From positions 338,111 to 402,110 of the forward strand of contig CAZQXB010000001.1 in NCBI GenBank assembly GCA_964597575.1: DNA of 64,000 bases. Reading direction: 5' to 3'. Position numbers and translations under genes: made by a program. Below, in pieces: positions 58,718 through 64,000 of the stretch (position 1 is the stretch's first letter; each line of letters starts with the position of its first letter). The DNA is from an uncultured Gammaproteobacteria bacterium (GTDB lineage: Bacteria; Patescibacteriota; Patescibacteriia; Magasanikbacterales; UBA922). The notes beneath the pieces were generated by a model. It was not told the DNA's origin. It searched no databases and saw nothing but the letters and a program-made list of their open reading frames with translations.

Positions 58718-61282
58718 ATGATGAACTATATAAAATTTTCTCACCCTTTTCGGTTTTTCTTTTATTTTAGTACAATTTTGATTGCGCTTGGAATTGGTTT
58801 CCTTCCGTTTTTCCATACTTCTCTTCAGTCGGCCACCTGTCCCACGCTCGTGCCTGGGGATCTATATAAAGTACCTGGAGTATCGACGGTCTATATCTTA
58901 AATGAAGAAAGCAAAAGCGTGTATTATCCGAATAGCCCGGTTTTTCAATCGTGGCATGATCCAAACACGGCTGTCATTCATCAAATCGACCCGAGCTGTG
59001 CAGATCTTTATCCAACCCCTACTCGACCACCATACGGCGTGAATTATCGCCCCGGAACACTCATGAAAAACCCCTCCAGTGCTCGCGTGTATGCCATTAG
59101 TCGAGGTGGAGTACTTCACCCTATTCCCTCAGAAGGTGTAGCGAGAAGTGTTTATGGTCTCAATTGGGCCCGCCTTGTGAAAGATGTCTCTCAAGTGTTT
59201 TGGCAAAATTACCGTATTTCCACTTCATCGGTTCAAATGGGTGTTCCCCCAGAAGGTATGCTTGCGTCTCGTGGAGAAAACGAGGTATATGAGTTTCGAA
59301 ATAATGCCTGGGCACGAGTAGCGGGTACCATTCCTTTATTTGCGCGATCAACGGTAGTGCCCATGGACACCATCCTTTTTTCAAATTTTCAAGTCGGAAC
59401 GCAGTCAGTGGCGGCGGACACTTTAGGGGCAAATGTGGCAAGAACAGGGGAAGAGGATTTAAACGACCTCCAAGAGTGGAATGATTTGTATATCGCCCTC
59501 AACCAATCGAATAGCGGGTCAACGTCTTCTACGACCTCTTCCCCTACGTCTACATCCTCAAACACTGCGTCGTCCTCAACACCATCAACTGGTACACCAT
59601 CGTCTACCCAACCAACGGTAAGAAGTGGTGGTAGTGGAGGAGGAAGCGGCGGTGGCGGAAGTCCACCCCCTCCACCACCTTCGACTGCGCCAGATATTAC
59701 CCTTGATAGCTCTGTTTCTACAAGCACCATTGCACTCGGTGGAATAATTAACATTACCTACAGCTATCAGAACGCTGGGGATGCTGATGCGAGCGGTGTT
59801 GTGATTACGGCCACTGTTCCAACGGGTACAACATTTAGGGCAGCAAGCAGCAGTTCTTGGAGTTGTAGTGATGGTGCTGCTGCAGGAACCGCCTGCGCCC
59901 ATACTGTTTCAAGCCTTTCTCTTGGTGTAACAGGAACTGCAGCGTTTGTGTTAAATACGCTTTCTGCAAGTGTGGGGACTGTTATTGTGAGCGCGAGCGT
60001 TGTCGCCACTGAAACAGAATCGAATTCTTCAAATAACGCTGAAACAACGACAGTGACTGTGATTGCCACAAACTTGTCGGTCACAGCGACATCGACCTAT
60101 TCCCGCGTTATGCCGGGTGGGACAATTGTATACACCTTAAGTTATAGAAACTTTGGTACGGCCGCTGCAACAGGTACCACCATTACCGTACCCGTACCTA
60201 CGAGCACTACTTTCCGGAGTGCCTCAAGTACGGGAACATGGAGTTGTGCTGACGGCTCTGTGGGTGGAACAAGTTGTGTGGCAACCATCGGTGCTTTAGC
60301 TGTGGGAAGCGCTACGTCAAGTATCAATTTTGCGGTTCGTTCCGTAAATGCATTTGTTGGAACCGCTACGGCTACGGTTACTATTGCTGATGCTGGGACT
60401 AACGGAAGTGATTCCAACACCTCAAACAATGCGGTGGCGCACCCTGTTCGTGTTGCTTTCCTTTCGGATAGTGATAACTATATAACATCTCTTGCCTCAG
60501 ACCTTGATCAGTTTTCAGATACGAGTTCCTCGACCTATGCGAGTTTAGGTTCGTATAAAATGATGCCAGGAACCGGAACAACATTTATTGTGTTAAACGG
60601 CGTCCTAGGCTTTCCCTCAGGGGCAACAGACCCAACGATCTCTCACCCAACTCCTTTGCCAGCGAGCACCTCGACACCTCTCCGATATGCACACACTCAG
60701 CTTGTGAGTGGGGATGGTTCATCTGAACCAGCCGGAATTTTCGGGGAAGTTAATGGGCGACTCTTTTCAGCTACAAATGGTTTTTATGCGCGTTCTCGTG
60801 TATCGCGCGCCACCAATAACTTTGGTGCACGCGGAACCATTCTTATGATGGGGACAAACTTTGGTTCACCTGGGTTCGAGCCATCATTTCTTGAAAATGG
60901 TATCGGGTATGGCTTTAACAGTACGTTTGCTACCTCAACCGGTTACCATTTCTTCTTGCGTTCAGGTACGTATGATACGGGTGATCCTTCTATTGGTTTA
61001 ACTGATGTGGCGCTTGGGTCGACGGCTCCACGCGATGACCGAATGTACGAAGCTACCATTATCGTCGAAGCCGGAGCAACAACGGGTACAGCTCGATTGC
61101 TCGATTTATCAGATCCGGATAATCCGGTAGTCGCCGATTCTCGTACGTTTACTGTGCCAAGCTCAACCGGGGTCTTTTTTCCAGAAGTGAACGCGTCACC
61201 TGGTCCAGCAGCTTCGGGTCAAACCCCGCAGACGTTTAGAATTTACACTATTAATGGAACCCAGTACTTGCCGAATAACTAA
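58718..61282 (+). CDS. Large surface protein with a CPR-type N-terminal repeat domain, S/T/G/P linker and two DUF11-like Ig domains
   Basis: Signal/TM; GDLYK...RPGT...VYA...SE..A...YG..W; two repeats of TY..SY.N.G...A....IT..VP..TTF...S...WSC. Confidence 0.8.
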   Translation: MMNYIKFSHPFRFFFYFSTILIALGIGFLPFFHTSLQSATCPTLVPGDLYKVPGVSTVYILNEESKSVYYPNSPVFQSWHDPNTAVIHQIDPSCADLYPTPTRPPYGVNYRPGTLMKNPSSARVYAISRGGVLHPIPSEGVARSVYGLNWARLVKDVSQVFWQNYRISTSSVQMGVPPEGMLASRGENEVYEFRNNAWARVAGTIPLFARSTVVPMDTILFSNFQVGTQSVAADTLGANVARTGEEDLNDLQEWNDLYIALNQSNSGSTSSTTSSPTSTSSNTASSSTPSTGTPSSTQPTVRSGGSGGGSGGGGSPPPPPPSTAPDITLDSSVSTSTIALGGIINITYSYQNAGDADASGVVITATVPTGTTFRAASSSSWSCSDGAAAGTACAHTVSSLSLGVTGTAAFVLNTLSASVGTVIVSASVVATETESNSSNNAETTTVTVIATNLSVTATSTYSRVMPGGTIVYTLSYRNFGTAAATGTTITVPVPTSTTFRSASSTGTWSCADGSVGGTSCVATIGALAVGSATSSINFAVRSVNAFVGTATATVTIADAGTNGSDSNTSNNAVAHPVRVAFLSDSDNYITSLASDLDQFSDTSSSTYASLGSYKMMPGTGTTFIVLNGVLGFPSGATDPTISHPTPLPASTSTPLRYAHTQLVSGDGSSEPAGIFGEVNGRLFSATNGFYARSRVSRATNNFGARGTILMMGTNFGSPGFEPSFLENGIGYGFNSTFATSTGYHFFLRSGTYDTGDPSIGLTDVALGSTAPRDDRMYEATIIVEAGATTGTARLLDLSDPDNPVVADSRTFTVPSSTGVFFPEVNASPGPAASGQTPQTFRIYTINGTQYLPNN

Positions 61283-61288
61283 AGGAGT

Positions 61289-61630
61289 ATGTCAGAAAGA
61301 AAAAGGCCTTCGTTTGAGGTGTTGCAAGGAGGTAAAAAAGAAGTGGGCGAAGAGGTGAATCCTAGCAAAGAAAGAACAATATCCGCTATACAATTTCATG
61401 AAAGAATGAGAGGGAAAATTCGTGAGATGGTTCTTTTAGATTCCGATCGTATCCTTTCAGATGAAGAGGTGGATTTTCTGGCAGAGCGTATTCCTGTTTT
61501 GGCCATGAAACCAAAAGCCTCTCTTGAGGTACACAAAAAATTAATCGCTCTCAAAGAAATAAATGATCGCTTTCCAGAACTTACTCATCTTTTTTACAAA
61601 AGTGGCAAAGAGGATGGGGGAGACGAATGA
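61289..61630 (+). CDS. Hypothetical protein
   Basis: 113 aa, AAGGAG upstream, followed by a terminator. Confidence 0.6.
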   Translation: MSERKRPSFEVLQGGKKEVGEEVNPSKERTISAIQFHERMRGKIREMVLLDSDRILSDEEVDFLAERIPVLAMKPKASLEVHKKLIALKEINDRFPELTHLFYKSGKEDGGDE

Positions 61631-61654
61631 CGGGAAATGATAGAGGCCTCTATC

Positions 61655-61692
61655 ATAAAAAAAGCCGACACACACATGTCGGCTTTTTTTAT
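61655..61692. terminator. Bidirectional terminator
   Basis: ATAAAAAAAGCCGACA...TGTCGGCTTTTTTTAT. Confidence 0.85.
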
Positions 61693-61694
61693 TT

Positions 61695-62150
61695 TTAAAC
61701 ATCAAGTGGCCCTGCACGCCGAAGAATAAGGTCAGGGTCATTCTTCCAATCCATGCCCGGGACATCGACATAGAGTTCAATCTCATTTCCATCAGGATCC
61801 TCAATATACAAACTTTGAGTGATGGTATGATCGGTCCCTGCATAGGGAATATTATTTTTTTCAAGTGTTTTTATTGCCGAGAGGAGCTCTTCTCGAGTAT
61901 CTCCGATTTTTAAACCAAAATGGTATAAACCAACGCGAAGACCCTCTGGGATCGGCTGTGCGCTTTCCCCAACTTCAATTAAGAGAAGTTCATGGTGTGT
62001 TCGTCCGCCCGAAAAGAGGGCGATCCCTCGAAAATCTTTTGCGGAAATACGTTTCCATCCCAGGATGTGTTCATAAAAATGGGCAGACTTTTCAGCATTT
62101 CGAACATAGAGTACTAGGTGTCCGAGCTCTTTTATGCGTATTTCATTCAT
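61695..62150 (-). CDS. VOC/glyoxalase superfamily protein
   Basis: LGHLVLYVRN, HHELLL, GLYHFG, SLYIEDPDGNEIELY. Confidence 0.9.
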   Translation of the reverse strand: MNEIRIKELGHLVLYVRNAEKSAHFYEHILGWKRISAKDFRGIALFSGGRTHHELLLIEVGESAQPIPEGLRVGLYHFGLKIGDTREELLSAIKTLEKNNIPYAGTDHTITQSLYIEDPDGNEIELYVDVPGMDWKNDPDLILRRAGPLDV

Positions 62151-62286
62151 AAGCGTTGTTTTAGAAATTAGGCATTTTATACTGTATCATCTCTAATCAT
62201 TAGTGCCAAAAGGATCTGTCTGTGAGCTTTCTTTTATATAGGAGGTTACGGGTTTAATTTCCAAAAAAAGAAGCCCTACTTACCCC

Positions 62287-62315
62287 TTGACAAAATCGCA
62301 GATTTGTGCTATACT
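62287..62315 (+). promoter_or_regulatory. sigma70 promoter
   Basis: TTGACA-N17-TATACT. Confidence 0.8.
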
Positions 62316-62487
62316 GAAATTTCCCAACCTCATGTTGGGCAAAACCAGGGTACGCTAGGTTTTCTCAATGGTTCCCAAATTTTCGATATTTTGTTACTCT
62401 CCGTGCACGCGGATGTAGCCGAGTAAAAGAGAACAGTGGTCCGTGAGAAGTTCTCTACGAGCTCGGTGTTACATTCATAATTTTCGT

Positions 62488-62796
62488 ATGGAAAATAAAT
62501 TGTTTATCGGTGGGCTCTCATACAGCACTACTGAAGAAAGCTTACGCAACGCGTTTGCTCAGGCTGGTACCGTTACTTCTGTCCGCATCATGATGGACAA
62601 AATGACCGGTCGCCCTCGTGGTTTCGGTTTCGTTGAAATGGCTACTGACGAAGAAGCTCAGAAAGCAATTCAAATGTTCGATGGACAAGAGCTCGATGGC
62701 CGCAAGATTGCAGTCAACATCGCTCGCCCACTCGAAGACCGCCCACCTCGCCGCAACAACTTCGGCGGTGGTAGCCGTGGTGGCAGCCAGTACTAA
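62488..62796 (+). CDS. RRM RNA-binding protein
   Basis: RNP2 LFIGGL, RNP1 RGFGFVEM, Gly-rich tail. Confidence 0.95.
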   Translation: MENKLFIGGLSYSTTEESLRNAFAQAGTVTSVRIMMDKMTGRPRGFGFVEMATDEEAQKAIQMFDGQELDGRKIAVNIARPLEDRPPRRNNFGGGSRGGSQY

Positions 62797-62842
62797 GAGG
62801 TTTTGGGAGAGCGCACGTGCATGCCGCTTTACCACTCTTACC

Positions 62843-62881
62843 AAAAACCCCTTTCGTCTCTGACGAGGGGGTTTTTGTTTT
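62843..62881 (+). terminator. Intrinsic terminator
   Basis: AAAAACCCCTTTCGTC-TCT-GACGAGGGGGTTTTT. Confidence 0.75.
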
Positions 62882-62943
62882 GGGCTTGTTTTTTCTTTCT
62901 CCTGTGGTAGGATTAAAAAACAATCCTATAATATTTACCATAT

Positions 62944-63762
62944 ATGAAAATTGCGCTTATTGCTGTGGTTTTTCTCGTTTTGGGTGCTGCAGGAGCTGGC
63001 ACCTATGTATCGGTTATGAATAAAAAAGCGGCCGAATCTCGCCTAGAATCTGCCAATGAAAAGACGGCCGATCAGGGGGAGAGTGGTGCTGTAGTGGAGG
63101 AAGAAGTCGCTGTTTCCGGTACTGTTGCGGTTTCACCTTCTCAAAAAACCGGAGCTGCTGCAGCTGCAAAAGTGGCTGTGGTTGTAAATGGCGTAAAGTT
63201 GACCGACGTACAAATTGCTGCCCTGGAAAAAAAATACAGCACCCCTATTGCCGGAGGGAATTATTGGTATGACAATAAAAGCGGTGCCTGGGGGAAGGTA
63301 GGCGGCCCAACTGAAGGGTACCTGGAACCTGGGGAAACCATTGGTGGGTCTTTGCAATCCAATGCATCTGGGTCTGGAGCTACCGGCGTGTTTGTGAATG
63401 GTCGTGAACTTCATCCAACTGATGTAAAAAACCTGAACACTCTTTTTGCCGCGTTTGGCACGGCTACTGCCCCAGGGCGTTACTGGGTCGATGGTCAGGG
63501 AAATTTTGGGCTTGAGGGTCAGTCTGCCTCACTTGGCAACTTACTCCTTATGGTGCAGGCTGTTTCCAAAAAGAGTGGAGGAAATTCGTTTTACTACAAG
63601 TCGAACGGGTCAGATTACACTACCTTTGGCGGTGGCGGTGGGTTTAGCTATTTTGGGTCAAAAAATGACTACAATGGCTCAAGTAGTGTTTTTGTGGATG
63701 AAAATGGAAGTGTAAACATTGATTACCAGCCAAAAAGCAGTGATTATAGCTCAGATTACTAG
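62944..63762 (+). CDS. Membrane-anchored/secreted protein with an XLG/EDR4-like domain
   Basis: N-terminal hydrophobic helix; VNG..L, GNYWYDNKSGAWGKVGGP, TGVFVNGRELH, PGRYWVDGQG. Confidence 0.75.
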   Translation: MKIALIAVVFLVLGAAGAGTYVSVMNKKAAESRLESANEKTADQGESGAVVEEEVAVSGTVAVSPSQKTGAAAAAKVAVVVNGVKLTDVQIAALEKKYSTPIAGGNYWYDNKSGAWGKVGGPTEGYLEPGETIGGSLQSNASGSGATGVFVNGRELHPTDVKNLNTLFAAFGTATAPGRYWVDGQGNFGLEGQSASLGNLLLMVQAVSKKSGGNSFYYKSNGSDYTTFGGGGGFSYFGSKNDYNGSSSVFVDENGSVNIDYQPKSSDYSSDY

Positions 63763-63834
63763 GAAAAAAGCCCTGGTTTTGCCCCTTGACAGCCAAATTT
63801 TCCTATGATACAATGGGCGCACTAATGTTTTCGT

Positions 63835-64000
63835 ATGTCACAAGATAATCTCGTAAAACTTGAATCCGAAGGTGCTGAAGAAACTGGCACAGGGAAGGGC
63901 CACATGCTTTTCACTCGCAAGAATAAAAAGACTTTGAAAGATCGTCTCCGCTTGCGCAAATATAACCCAGTTGCCAAACTTCATACTTGGTACAAAGAAG
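63835..64000 (+). CDS. rpmG: 50S ribosomal protein L33 (Cys-free), truncated by the window edge
   Basis: MSQDNLVKLES...TRKNKK...RLRLRKYNP...HTWYKE; promoter TTGACA-N17-TACAAT at 63786. Confidence 0.9.
   Translation, partial: MSQDNLVKLESEGAEETGTGKGHMLFTRKNKKTLKDRLRLRKYNPVAKLHTWYKE

Noticed and set aside
59505-59690. Repetitive low-complexity DNA
   Set aside because: It encodes a Ser/Thr/Gly/Pro linker, not a CRISPR or tandem array.
1-64000. Alternative genetic code (UGA recoding), CRISPR arrays, transposases, prophage
   Set aside because: Conserved genes are intact under code 11 and some end in TGA; no repeat-spacer array or mobility or phage genes were recognised.

Overview
Bacterial chromosome segment using standard genetic code 11. 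It is most likely Patescibacteria/CPR (Parcubacteria/ABY1-like), inferred from scarce Shine-Dalgarno sites, CPR-typical pilin-like and surface proteins, tRNA-Arg(GCG) and alpha2-type GlyRS. Most of it is housekeeping: topA, dprA, pth, der, recG, radA, clpC, htpX-lemA, rseP, pheST, dnaE, tsaD/tsaB, rplJL, mreB, holB, frr, glyQS, tpiA, mutM, rpmG and five tRNAs. No CRISPR array, integrase or transposase was seen. Main unexplained signals: (1) two related ~140-190 bp structured elements behind tRNA-Arg and tRNA-Thr(GGT), each carrying an antisense copy of its own tRNA's T-arm in a shared scaffold; (2) a minimal glycyl T-box with an ultrashort Stem I; (3) tandem pilin-like proteins fused to different peptidoglycan hydrolases, next to a DsbA; (4) a protein resembling the plant XLG/EDR4 domain; (5) two solitary GC-rich genes, one with CxxCH; (6) an ECF sigma module with a repeated candidate promoter; (7) a ThDP decarboxylase/SSADH pair. 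All family assignments come from motif recognition by eye, not from database searches.
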